A DNA stretch of 64,000 nt. It comes from Dipteris shenzhenensis. Taxonomy: Eukaryota. The position numbers and the translations under genes were made by a program. Location of the stretch: assembly GCA_047967505.1 (NCBI GenBank), contig CM106538.1; one strand, given 5' to 3'. Shown piece by piece: positions 11,745 to 23,379 of the stretch; the first letter of the stretch is position 1, and each line of letters begins with the position of its first letter. The notes beneath the pieces are model-generated. The model was not told where the DNA came from. It saw only the letters and a list, made by a program, of their open reading frames with translations, and made no database searches.

Positions 11745-14590
11745 GTCAATTTGCAGACTTTTGCCACTTTTTGCAGATTTTATTTGCAGATTTTTGGGCA
11801 ATTAGCAAAGCATTGTGGTGCATTTTGACCCTTTGATAGGCTGTGAATTATAGTATTTGTCACTATGGGCAGATTTTACTTGTGCATTTCACATCCTAGG
11901 AAGGGATTTTACTTGTTCGGTTTGCTGTATTTTTTAGTTTATCTGGCAAAAATGGCTCAAAACAAACAACGCAGGGCTGACGAGCATGCCATGCTTTGTA
12001 AGTTCAAGCCCAAGGGAAAAGGGCAGCAAAAGCAACATGCCAATCAACCCGCACATTAGCACAAAGCTGACTCAGGAAAATCCTCTTATAAGACTAAGGG
12101 TGACACAGATAAGCCTAGAAAGAAGGGTATTTGTCACTACTACAAGAAGCCAGGTCATTATATTGGTGAATGTAAGAAGCGCATAGCTAAAGAAAAGAAA
12201 AGGGATTCAGGTATGGCTATGTCAGATGCATCAGCTCCTCATGCACATGATAAGGGAGATGTTACAGCCAACTTTGTAGAATTGTCTTGCATTTCAGATT
12301 TTTCAGTGGGTAGTTCAGATGCTACAGCCACTATTGAGGATGACCCTTATGCTTTCTTAACTTGCATTTATGATCCTTCAAAGGATGCATGCTCTCTCAG
12401 TGTCAATGAGACACTGAATACTTGGTATTTTGATAGTGGTGCTTCTAAGCACATCACTTCTAAGAAGAGCCTTTTTGCATCTCTGCATCCTCCACCTACT
12501 AAAAAGAAGGTAACTTGTGCAAATAATTCTTCTTATTTAGTGTCTGGAGTGGGGGACATCATTCTCACATCCACTGATAGCAAAGATTTCAGAATTTCAG
12601 ATGTTCTCTATGTGCCAAGTATAAAGAAGAATTTGCTTTCAATGTCCTCTCTTAATAGAGGAGGCTTTCAGAATGTATTCGATGATGCTAAGTGTGCAGT
12701 CAGGGACAAAGAGAATGACTATGCTTTGATGTTGTTTGGCACTTTGTATCGAGGCCTTTTTCAGCTTGATATATATGAGAAAAGATCCGATCTTGCACTT
12801 TCAGTGACCACTCCCACTGTTGCAATGCGAAATGCAGAGTTATGGCATGCTAGGTATGGACACATGAGCTATGGCAGCTTAATAACACTTCAGAAGCATG
12901 CTATGGTTGATGCATTGCCTCCTTTAGAGTCACCTCCTCCTCATGCATGTGAGGGTTGCATCCTTGGCAACATGCATAGATTTCCTTTCAAGAAGGATGG
13001 TGCAGTGAGAACTACACGCAAATTACAGCTCATTCAGTGATGTCTATGGTCCCATGAGGACACCTGCTTTTGGGGGCTCTATTATGTTACATTCATAGAT
13101 GACTTCACCAACTACACTTGGGTCTATGGTCTTAAGGCAAAATCAGAAGTGTAATGCATTTGAAACACTTTGTGGCTATGGTTGAGAATGAGACAGGACT
13201 CAAGGTGCAAACACTTTGCACAGATAGAGGGGGGGAGTATATGTCTCATTCTCAACCATAGCCTCACTGTATATGTCTCATTTTGTTGAGGTGTAAGCCT
13301 CACTGTAAGCTGATGCGTGATGCCTTTTTGAAGAAGAAAGACATCACGCATCAGCTTACAGTGAGGCTTACACCTCAACAAAATGGCAAAGTTGAGTGCA
13401 AGAATCGCACTCTTATAGAGATGGATAGATGCATGCTTACCAGTAAAAAGTTGCCTCATAGGTTTTGGCTCGAAGGCCTCATGTGTGTAAACTATGTTTT
13501 GAATCAGGCTCCCACAAAGGCTTTGAAGACAATCACTCCCTATAAGGCATGGCATGGGAGAAAGCCTTCAGTGGATCACTTCAGAGTTTTTGGTTGTGTT
13601 GCATATGCCCACGTGCCTATGGAGTTTCGACACAAGTTGTCAGATAAGGCACTTAAATGCATTTTTGTTGGGTATAGTGCACAAAGCAAAGGCCACCGTC
13701 TCTACAATCCTGCTTCTCGCAAGATTTTTGTTAGTAGAGATGTTATATTTTCAGAGAATTCAGCACATACACATGCTGAATTTAATATTCCAACTTCTTC
13801 AGATGATGTTTTTGAGGGGATGCTTCCTATAGCATTTGGTTCCCCAGCTAACGTTCATGCTGAAATCCATATTTACAACCTCCTCCTCCTGATCCACATG
13901 CCCCGATTCAGCCACAGGTTGATTTTGTACCTCCACAGGGTGTGGGTGAAGTTGTCAGGCAAGAGATTCAAGAGATACATGCAGCCAAAACAGTCCCGAA
14001 TTGGTTGCTACAAACTCTCAGGGAGAGTAGGCTTGAGGCCCCATTGCCTGGCAGGACTCGTAGTGCAGTAAGGCATGCAGGGGGGGCTCTTTCAGTTGAG
14101 ACAGATTATGCAGATACTCTTCTTGATGAAAAAGAACCTGACTCTTTTGAAGAAGCAAAGGATAATGTGCATTGGATGCATGCAATGCACAATGAATTGC
14201 AATCCATTGAGAAAAATTAGACTTGGGATGTTGTGGATTTGCCACCAAGTAAGCATGCCATTGGTACCAAGTGGGTTTTCAAGGTGAAAAGGAAGCCATA
14301 TGGGTCCATTGATAGGTACAAGGCAAGGCTGGTTGCCAAAGACTATGCACAGAAGAAGGGCATAGATTATGAGGAGACTTTTGCTCCTATATCCCGGATG
14401 ACCACCATACGGTCAGTTATTGCCATGGCTGCAAATTTTGTTTGGAATGTCCATCAGTTGGACATAGAAACAGCTTTCCTTAATGGGAACTTGCAGGAAG
14501 AGGTTTATGTTAAACAACCTCCTGGATTTGAACTTTCTGGCAATGCACTTCAGGTTTGCAAGCTAAACAAAGCTTTATATGGGCTGAAAC
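11745..14590 (+). mobile_element. Degenerate Ty1/copia internal region (partial gag, PR, IN, truncated RT)
   Basis: WYFDSGASKHIT, LWHARYGH/CEGC, TPQQNG, FRVFGCVAYAHVP, RYKARLVAK, HQLDIETAFLNG; related to the copia at 49.8-55 kb. Confidence 0.93.
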
Positions 14591-14819
14591 TGTGGCCAAT
14601 GTAATGTAATAAGTGGGTTAAGGGCACTTTTACTTCACAGAGGTTTTTCCCCCTGACCACAGTCTAATCCCTAACCACAGTTAGTGATTAGATAGGGTTT
14701 TGTCACTTAGACAAAACCCCTCATCTCTCTTTTGTAGCACTTCATTTCAGTCCACTATTGAGTGACCTACGTTCAGCTCACTCTCTTGCTCACTCTTGCT
14801 CTCCTTGTTTCTCACAACA
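14591..14819 (+). repeat. LTR-like segment (TG...CA, ~230 bp)
   Basis: Starts TGTGGCC where the RT breaks off and ends CTCACAACA after a CT-rich tract; layout like the intact copia LTR; hairpin GGGTTTTGTC-actta-GACAAAACCC. No TSD found. Confidence 0.5.
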
Positions 14820-16500
14820 ACAATAACCATCAAAGACCACTCTATAACCATTTGTAGCAATGGATGAAACAGAAATCAGATTTTGCTTGATTCTTAAAAC
14901 ACATAAAAATCTCCAATAAAGTGACTGCGTCACCTAAGACAGATGTGCCTCCATGCCTCTAACTAGATAAGAAGCATTGTTGTTGGCACATGTGACTATA
15001 CCCCCCTTAGGGGCATCATCCAAGGACAACAGTTTCTTGCAGGAGGTGATGTGCTTGGAATCAAAGTACCATTTGGACATAGAATCAGCCACAAATAAAG
15101 CTGCATCATGTTAAGAAGGATCGTAGTGGCATATAACAACAAATTCCCAGTCACAAAATGTGGTGGCCGTTTGCAGATGTAGCAATGGGATTAAGGTCGC
15201 AGGTGTCAGCCTGTTTGATTGTCTCAGGCAAAGTTTCTACAAGATAAATATGAGGAAGCACAATCTTCCCGATGATCATAACTCATGCGTCAGCATCTTT
15301 CTACATCCATTCTTTGACGTCATCTATATCTGCAACCCAGAGTACCTTTCCTAATGCATATTTGATGCTCTGGTTTCAATTTTCATCCTTTAATTATCTC
15401 CCACAATCCACGCACAACTTTGATCTTCCAGATCGGGTAGTTAGTCCCATCCACCATCCCCATCGCACCAAAGTTTGGAATTGGCATACACACGTGGGAC
15501 ACCATCTACAACTGTGAGATTTAATGCAAAGGAAATTCTCACTTGAAAACGTATTGACCTTCTTGTCACACCTCTATTGACTCAGAAGTTGCCTTCCTCT
15601 TTCAATTGTGGAAATCAATCTCTTATCGGATCCCTTCTTGACAAAGGCATACAGCTCCTGGCTTCATATCTCACCCTCTTGTCAAAAGCTAGTCTCTCAG
15701 CTCTCTTCCAATCACACCACCGTCTCACGGCTCTCCACATTCGCAGCTGGGCTCTGATACCATAATAGTAAAACCTAGACCCTTGGCTAGTTTCTTCATG
15801 CCGCAAAAATGGAAATGGATAACGTCTATGCAATGTAAGACTCTTGAAAAAAGAGAAGCGAATGCTTAATTCAAACTTTCTATGTCTAGAGGAGAGAACT
15901 CACAAGCACCAAATTCAAAAGAATAGACAACAGTAGAACAGTCCAAAATATCTGATAGTATCCTGCACAAAACTGAGCCAAACACTCCTTAAAGAAAGCT
16001 GCACCAAAGATCCCAACACATGTAGCAATCCACTGCCTTGGATGCTCTATGGTGAGCACAGGTACTGCTCCTACTTCTGTCCTTGCAACTCCTCAGGTTG
16101 CGTGCTCCTCGGTGAGCTTCAATTACCATCTATAGTATTGCTTCAAAGTGGGTGAGGGCTGCCTCCTATCTGAACTGATAACAGCCTCCACAATGAGGCC
16201 TAACTTTAGGCTCCAGACCCTCCACACTGACCAACCAGCGACCTGGTTTTGCCTACACTCGACTTGGATCAAGACTGCCAACCTGCAGTCCTTCCTGGCC
16301 CCTTATAGACCATGTAACTGCACAGCCTGCTGGCCCTTTATTGCACTCAAACAGCCCACCAATATGTCCATCTCCAGAGCCCGTGGCAGCACTGCGCAGT
16401 CCTGCACAGGAGCCCTGAATCTCTGCAACAGATCCGCGACCATTGTGGTTGCTCCAATACAGAGACACATCAGAGTCCAGAGCGTCCACTACCAGTAGTC
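14820..16500 (-). mobile_element. Internally deleted copia fragment: probable 5' LTR (~15766-16500), PBS 15749-15762, protease remnant
   Basis: TGGTATCAGAGCCC on minus strand; minus translation KWYFD..SKHITSCKK...VTCANN and IKQNLISVSSIATNGYRVVFDGY near 14830-15080. Confidence 0.7.
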
Positions 16501-16880
16501 AACGGGTATACATGGGAGTCTGCCTACAGAGATGAAACAAGAGATACAAGAGGGTTCCGAGGGTCAGGAGGAGTCGCAGTCCTTTACAGATCCACACTTT
16601 TGGGGGCCATCTCAGTAGAGCAGAGAGATGCATATTCCAGGTTTCTTTGGATATGGATTCGGCACATGGACAACCGGAATTTGTTTATTGCAGTTTGCTA
16701 CTTCCCCCCTAAGACCTCCCACTTTGCCAGAGATATTCGAGGTGAGGATGAGACATCTCCATTTGCTGCTCTTTATCAGTCCATTGTTGACTTCGGAGAA
16801 GTCCTCCTAGTTGGGGACTTTATCGCGAGGACAGGCGCTCGTCAGGCACATCATAGATCAATAGCCAAAAAGAAAACATA
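16500..16880 (+). pseudogene. LINE AP-endonuclease fragment (RTE/RTEX-like group)
   Basis: GGVAVLYR...FLWIWIR...LFIAVCYFPP...VLLVGDFIARTG endonuclease motifs. Confidence 0.75.
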
Positions 16881-17809
16881 AATTTCCAATCACAGTGATT
16901 TCCACAAGGGAATCGGGAGTCATTTGCATCATTTGAAAAAGCTTGCTTCGACCAAAGAGAACCTTGAATATTAGACTGCACCTTGCGAGTATGGCTCTCA
17001 ACTTCCATCAAAGACAAAGCCGCAGAACTACCCACTTTTTCCCTGTGCGCATGTTCCCTTCTGCAAGTCCAATCACCAACCTGCTCGCTAACTTTCTACA
17101 TACCCACTTGGTCTAGCAAGAGATTGGAATTATAAAAAATTTCCAGCTTGGGTCGATCAAGCTGTAAAGATGGCTTAGGGAGAACATAACCCATGACCTA
17201 TTGCATTGATTGGCCATTAGCCTATTGCCTTGATGGAGATACATCAATCATATATATGCGAGTGTACAATTAAGAGAGGCCATCGTCAAAGACTCTTCAT
17301 GCTCTTGCACTTTGAACAGGCTACATTGCTACCTCTCCCTAATAGGCTAGATCAACGCTATCATCCTAATCCTCCAACCATAGTCTTTGCAAAACCTTGT
17401 GATTTTAAGGCGGACGCACTAATTGAGACGGCTGATGATCCCAAACTTGAGATAGCCATTGCCTTGTCGACGACATTGTTCCTGTGAGTGAAATGGCTGG
17501 TGTTGGCAACTGCATCTACATAAAACACTTTTCGTGCGAAACGAGATGCTAAGACACAAGAACACCTGCATCGGCATATAGATTCTATTACATTTATGGT
17601 TTTATAGCGCTGTGAATGCCAAACTAAATAAATGTAAAGCATGCTTGGACTCTGCTAATGTTCCATACTCGCAATTTACCTGCTCATAACAAATGCATAT
17701 AATTCATCGTAGCAGAATAAGTTATTCCCGGTGGCTTGAACTACGGCGTCAGGGTTTGATTCGTTCCTCGTTAGAAAGAGGCAAAGGGACTTTGAAAGGA
17801 AATCGATTG

Positions 17810-18404
17810 CTTTTCATGAACATCAATTTCTTCGTGCATTCTTTCCATACTCGTGCATTTGCACACATACCCAAGTTTTAACAAGCAGTCTGTATTTAAA
17901 AAAAGGGAGCTTCAAGGAACTTTCGTAATTTCCTGCGCTGCTGTTTCGGTGTGACAAATGGATAAGGTTGATTACCCTCTCAAACTCCTGTGCACATAGT
18001 ATACAAGCCCCGCACCAAGTTGCATAGAAGTCAACAACAATGGGAGATTTTCTTTCAGTCAAGAGCTTGTGTAATTGAGCTCCAGTCACCTTATCCTGTT
18101 GACAGAAAAGCGAGCTAATAATGAGCGCGAATTCAAAATTGCAACCGGAGACCTCTCAAACCAAAGCGATTGCGCAGCGTCTTACCACTAAATAATGTCG
18201 GGCCACGGCTACCACCTGCCCTTTCCGTAAGCGGGTTCTCAAAGAAGGAGAACCTTTGAAAGAAATGCCGCTGAAAGGCGTAGGCGAATAATTCTTGCGC
18301 GTAGTTTGCCAGGAGGCGGCACGGGCCGGAATGCAGGAAATGGCATTGTTTTTGTTTTGAATAGAGATAGAGATAGAGATAGAGATAGAGATGGAGGCTG
18401 ACAT
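17810..18404 (-). pseudogene. TRXz: Plastid thioredoxin z (CITRX)-like gene or pseudogene: exon 1 18404-18186, exon 2 18095-17976, decayed exon 3 near 17860-17810
   Basis: Ser-rich transit-peptide-like exon 1 ending HYLV|GTAAG; CAG| acceptor then DKVTGAQLHKLLTERKSPIVVDFYATWCGACILCAQEFER|GTAAT, matching TRX z YLVKK..AQEL...PLIVDFYATWCGPCILMAQELE; EYGKNAR remnant downstream. Confidence 0.8.
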
Positions 18405-19415
18405 ATGGGCAGGACGCAGAGAGCGAACGTCAGTTCAACTTAGTTCACTTCACAAGAGAAGTAAGCTCAAGCTCTTGGATTCTGGAAGTGTTGTTCTAGA
18501 GAAAGAACAAGAGAAAAAGAAAGTAAGAAAAACTAGTTTATTTAGAGTCTCACCCTCGGCCACATGTACCATTTTTGGCGTACCCCTAGGGGTAGCCTTA
18601 GGGACGATTCAATTTCTGCAAAGCAGAATTGAATATTTGTTGTAATTGTTTAAAGTTCCATTGGCATTCTCACTATTCTCCTCCAGAATTCACTCTATAC
18701 AGCTGCAATATCTAACATGCAACATTAGGATGGAGCAAGACAACCAGTGCAAGGCGTGCGAAGGTAACTGAAGGGGGGAGAAGCACTGGAGGGGGGTGAG
18801 ACGGGCTTCCTTTGCAACCTGTGTATGATCTCGTCGTAATATTTAATGACTACTCTGTGATTATCATGAATTGCAAAGTGCAACGTCACAAGGATTCCGA
18901 GGGACCTTGCCTTCTTATGCCTCTGGTCTTAATAATTAATTGCTCTATAGTGATTATTATGGAATATATACACTGATTTCATCTATCTAGACTTCTACGC
19001 GTGGATTTGATCATTGATTGCGGCATATTCGACTTTGGCAGCTAATTCTCTACGTCTACCTCTTTTCATTACGATTGATTTCCGTCGTGATTAGTGTGTA
19101 GTAATGGTGGTGATTAAATAGGTTATTATCACCTCAACGACTTGCGGCTCTGTGCATCCTTCATGGAATATTTCTACAATATCTTCTGACGAATAACGTT
19201 TGTCGTCGTCTATGTTGCTGGACCTTACCTTTGCTCTATAAATTAGAGAGGCTAAGTCTAGTGTCTCTCAATTTGCATACAATCTCAGATAATGCGAATG
19301 GCAGGAGTAGAAGGTTCAACTGATTTCATGGAGACAGACAACGGGGCGTTTGCCAAGGGTGCTCAATGAATTCTACTTTCTCTTATTCGATCGTCCTTCC
19401 TTCTTTTTATTCTTT

Positions 19416-20132
19416 TTCTTTATTTCTTACAAAGTTTTACGTATTGTGCAGGACTTGCTAAGGTATGTCCTAAGATTCTGGAGTCACCTATTACTCCGTC
19501 TTCTTATTATTCTTCTTCTTTATTTCTTACAAAGTTTTACATATTGTGCAGGACTTGCTAAGGTATGTCCTAAGATTCTGGAGTCACCTATTACACCGTC
19601 TTCTGCAAAGGTTTTTGCTCGAAGCGACACCGATTTTGGAAAAGTCAACACTCTTAACAACGGTATTACCAATCGTTTGTAATTGTCTATCATTTTGTTA
19701 GTTCTATTGTTGATTTGTATTTTCGCTTCAACGAAATCGATTACCGTGAGTTTGCCTGTGTAGGTGATAGCTTAATCACATTTGCATCTAGCCTTACACC
19801 CAACTCTAGCCTTGCAACCGATGCTTCTCTCTGGTTGTTGCAATTTCGTAGTGGCGTTCCCTTTTTCCTTGTCTATGTTCCGCTCGAAGGGACGTCGATT
19901 TTGGAAAAGTCAACACTCTTAACGACGGTATTACCAATCGTTTGTAATTGTCTATCATTTTGTTAGTTTTATTGTTGATTTGTATTTTTGCTTCAATGGA
20001 ATCGATTACCGTGAGTTTGCCTGTGCAGGTGATAACTTAATCACATTTGCCTATGGCCTTATACCCAACTCTAGCCTTGCAGTCGATGCTTCTCTCTGGT
20101 TGCTACAATTCTGTAGTGGCATTTCCTTTTTC
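19416..20132 (+). repeat. Two local duplications: ~89 bp (19416-19504, 19516-19604) and ~237 bp (19631-19867, 19896-20132)
   Basis: Near-identical direct copies read from the sequence; periods 100 and 265 bp. Confidence 0.9.
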
Positions 20133-21618
20133 TTTATTTATGCTGCATACCTGTAAAGGCCTTCGCTATGCGAGAAATTTCATTGTGGCCTCCTACCCGC
20201 ACTCCTGTACTCTCCTCCCGTGCCTCTTTTTGTCTTCTGCAAGCCTTCGTGCTTCTCTCTACCTGCAGCGATTGCATAAGTCTTCTCTGCTTCTTTGTGT
20301 ATGCTGCCATCCCTTAGAGGCCTTTGCCTGGGCGTGTAATTTGGTTATGGCCTTGCATCCAATTTCATTCGTGGCTTGCCTGCTTCTCGCTTCCTCTGAA
20401 CTCCCGTATTTGCCTCCCGTGTGTCTTTGTCCTCCTGCAAGCTTTTAATGGCCTTTCTCTTTGTCTTCTGCAAGCTTTTCTTGGCACTACGCGACTTCAG
20501 TGTGTACTTCACCTTACCTACAGTCTATCTGCTGCTACAAGACCACTATTAAGCAGACTTTGTTAGTTGGGGAAGCCATCAGATGTTGCCTCGTCAGAAC
20601 CTCTCTGTTTTGTCTGTGCTCGAACCACTTGTTACTAGTTGCCTTGTGATAGACATGCTCTCAAAAGTGCAAAGAAACGAACCTACTTTGCTAAGAATCT
20701 GTTGGTCCTCAATTCATATATTGAGTAGCATCGACAAAGACTTTCATTAGCAGTATTCACAATAATTTCATACAATGTAATTGTGTTATTGCTTTTCAAT
20801 TCCAAATTATCTTTTTGAAAGTAGATTTTGCAAGGTTGGAGAAATTATTTTTCATGTTTTTTGGCTTAGGTCGTCTGGTATCTTTCGAATGCTCTTACAT
20901 GGATAAGAGTGCGTCTCCACCTACTCCAAAGTCAACGCCTTCATTTAATGCTTGTCCAAGCAAGCCCCCTAAGGAAATTTTGCTCAAGCATTCACCCATC
21001 AAGAAGAGTCCACGATGATCTCTCAAGCATTCATTTAAGGAAGTTCCTGAGGAAGCATATGCTCAAGGTAAACATTATGTTTGTTTTTGGTGCTTAACAT
21101 TTGAATTTAAATTGTTTTTTAATTAGTTTTTGTTTTCTTTTTTAACAGTGATACAACTAGTATGAGACTACCCGGAGTATGTTAGTTTTAGATCCACAAT
21201 CACCACTCATGTCCAACGGAAATCTAAAGTAAAATATGAGAGGCAATTGGAGGAGAAGGCACTTGAGCCTAAAATAAATCATAGCGATGTTATAAACATC
21301 GACTTTGATTGAGTCACGTTTGATTAATTTACTCATTTATTTTGCAAGTGTTGTTATATGTTTGGTCATAAAATTATGTTATATTATATACATGTTTTAT
21401 TTTCTATGGTATTGTGAACTTCTTTTTTGCTTTATATTGGCAATTGCAATTGTATTCTTATAATGAAAATTTACCAAAACAAGTAACAAAGTAGATATTT
21501 TTCGTTCATTGCGTTGTTATTTGGTTTCATTTTAAAAAAATAGCATTGAAGTGAAGTATTGTATCATAATTCTAAAATTTTCTTCAAAAACTCATTTTAT
21601 GCATACTTGTATTTTTAG

Positions 21619-22910
21619 CTAGCAAACAACTCATATGCAAAGAAGACAACGATGAAGTAAATTCTTACAAGCCATGTAATGAGACTACCAACTTCGTCCC
21701 CTCACCTCACAATCCTTCACTTACAAAAGCAATCATTCCGTCAAAAGAAAATTTCGTGGGTGGAGACAATTCCTTGATTTCTTTAAGCATCACTCAATTA
21801 TCTGATTGTGCTCCCCTTAGATTTGTTTTCGAAGAAAAGCTTTTATGCAAGTATGGGACCTACAAAGTCATTAATCCAAAGTATCCCACTTATTTGAAAG
21901 GAGATCTTACTGACAAATATTATAGCCACACAGTGACATTACTCATGCCAAATGCCTACATCCACCGATTTGTAAATATCTTGCAAGTTGGAGAATTTGT
22001 AGAATAGAGGGGGCAAGTGTTGTTCCCAGAGGAATAATTGAAGGTGGCACTTCTAAGTTCTCCTTGCTACTAGATGCTACTACATGCATCATTAGAGGTG
22101 ATCCTTTTCATGGCAAATATGTCCCATGGGCTTCTGATATGATCAACTTCAACAAGTATACTGTCTCAAATGTTATGGGCACAATTGCTATTGCTATAAT
22201 TAAAGTTGCAAGCGAGGAAGGCATGGGTTATCAAATTATCGTAGCACATAGACCTCGAGACGAGGATAGAGCTATGGTGAGTTAGACAAACAACTCATTT
22301 CACTTGCTTATTTGTTTATGATGTCAACATTGTCTTACTTTACTTTCTTTTACCTTGTGCATGTATATTGCAGTTATCCTTTGTAAATGAGAGGAAACCA
22401 ACTCTTACTCAACTCATCCAATAATTCAATGAAGAAGGTGTGGTTATGTATGCTCTCAAAAATGTGTCCTTCTTGAAGGCAAAAGGCACCATTTGTGTTT
22501 TTAACTTTACTATTCTAGAGCTCAAGTCCAACAAAGATGACTTGAAAGCAGCTTTCGTCAGCCAAGTTTCTCATTTAGGATACAAAACAAAGGTGAATAA
22601 CTTGGTCTTACCAACACAAACAATACACTCAAACTCAAAGCTCACAAGTTTGTGCTTTTGCAGGTGTTTGGCATTCTACACTTTACAAATGTGAACGCTG
22701 ACTTGATCGAGCACGTTTGTGGGGCTTGTGGAGGAGTGCGAGTTAGCAAAGATCCGCTTCGACCATTTTGCTATTCGTGCCAAGGCCCTTAAAACATTGA
22801 ACAAGTTCCTTCCCTCGTAGGCGACATCATATGACATGGAGGAAAGTAAGTTCTTGTTCACATAAGAGGGCAATATGTGGACATTGTCTAGTGGGAGCTT
22901 TACCATTAAT
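21619..22910 (+). pseudogene. Spliced RPA70-like (OB-fold plus C4 zinc ribbon) gene associated with the rolling-circle element; possible upstream exons from ATG 19298
   Basis: GT-AG introns 22277-22373 and 22593-22663 join frames; last exon encodes CGAC-X13-CYSC; beta-strand-like repeats (RFVNILQVGEFV, MYALKNVSF); in-frame stops present. Confidence 0.55.
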
Positions 22911-23379
22911 AGCTCTGGATTTGTAATTGCATTTGAACCAAATGCTTGACGTACTTTGCTTTCTATTGAAATATTACTTCCACTTTGCTATCTTTCTTAC
23001 AAATTTCCCTTGTATTTATCTACACTTACACTTGTAGTGAATTTAAAGGTCCTATATATTGAAGTCATTTTAAACATCTCAAAATGAATGTGACAAAATT
23101 GCTACAAGACAAACACTTTGCAATGAATCCAACATTCAATCTTTCTAATCCATTTAATACAAACATTCTCATGTGTGTCTTACATTTCCTCCCTAATTTT
23201 ACATATGAACAACTTCTTCAAACAATGTTTGAAAACATAATGTCGAAGAAGGAAACATCAAAATCTCTATGGATCATGTTTGCTTCAATCCAAAAAGATA
23301 TTAGATTGACAAATAAAAGCATAAAAAATGTATTACTCAATTCAGCATCAGCACGTGCATTGGTAGTGGACATTCTTCA

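Noticed and set aside
13124-13555. Two similar ORFs on opposite strands (LRCKPHCKLMRD) as a real gene pair
   Set aside because: By-product of the 44-bp inverted repeat.
18740-18790. 5' terminus of the Helentron
   Set aside because: Composition changes here, but I could not match a subterminal inverted repeat at the 3' side, so the boundary is unsupported.
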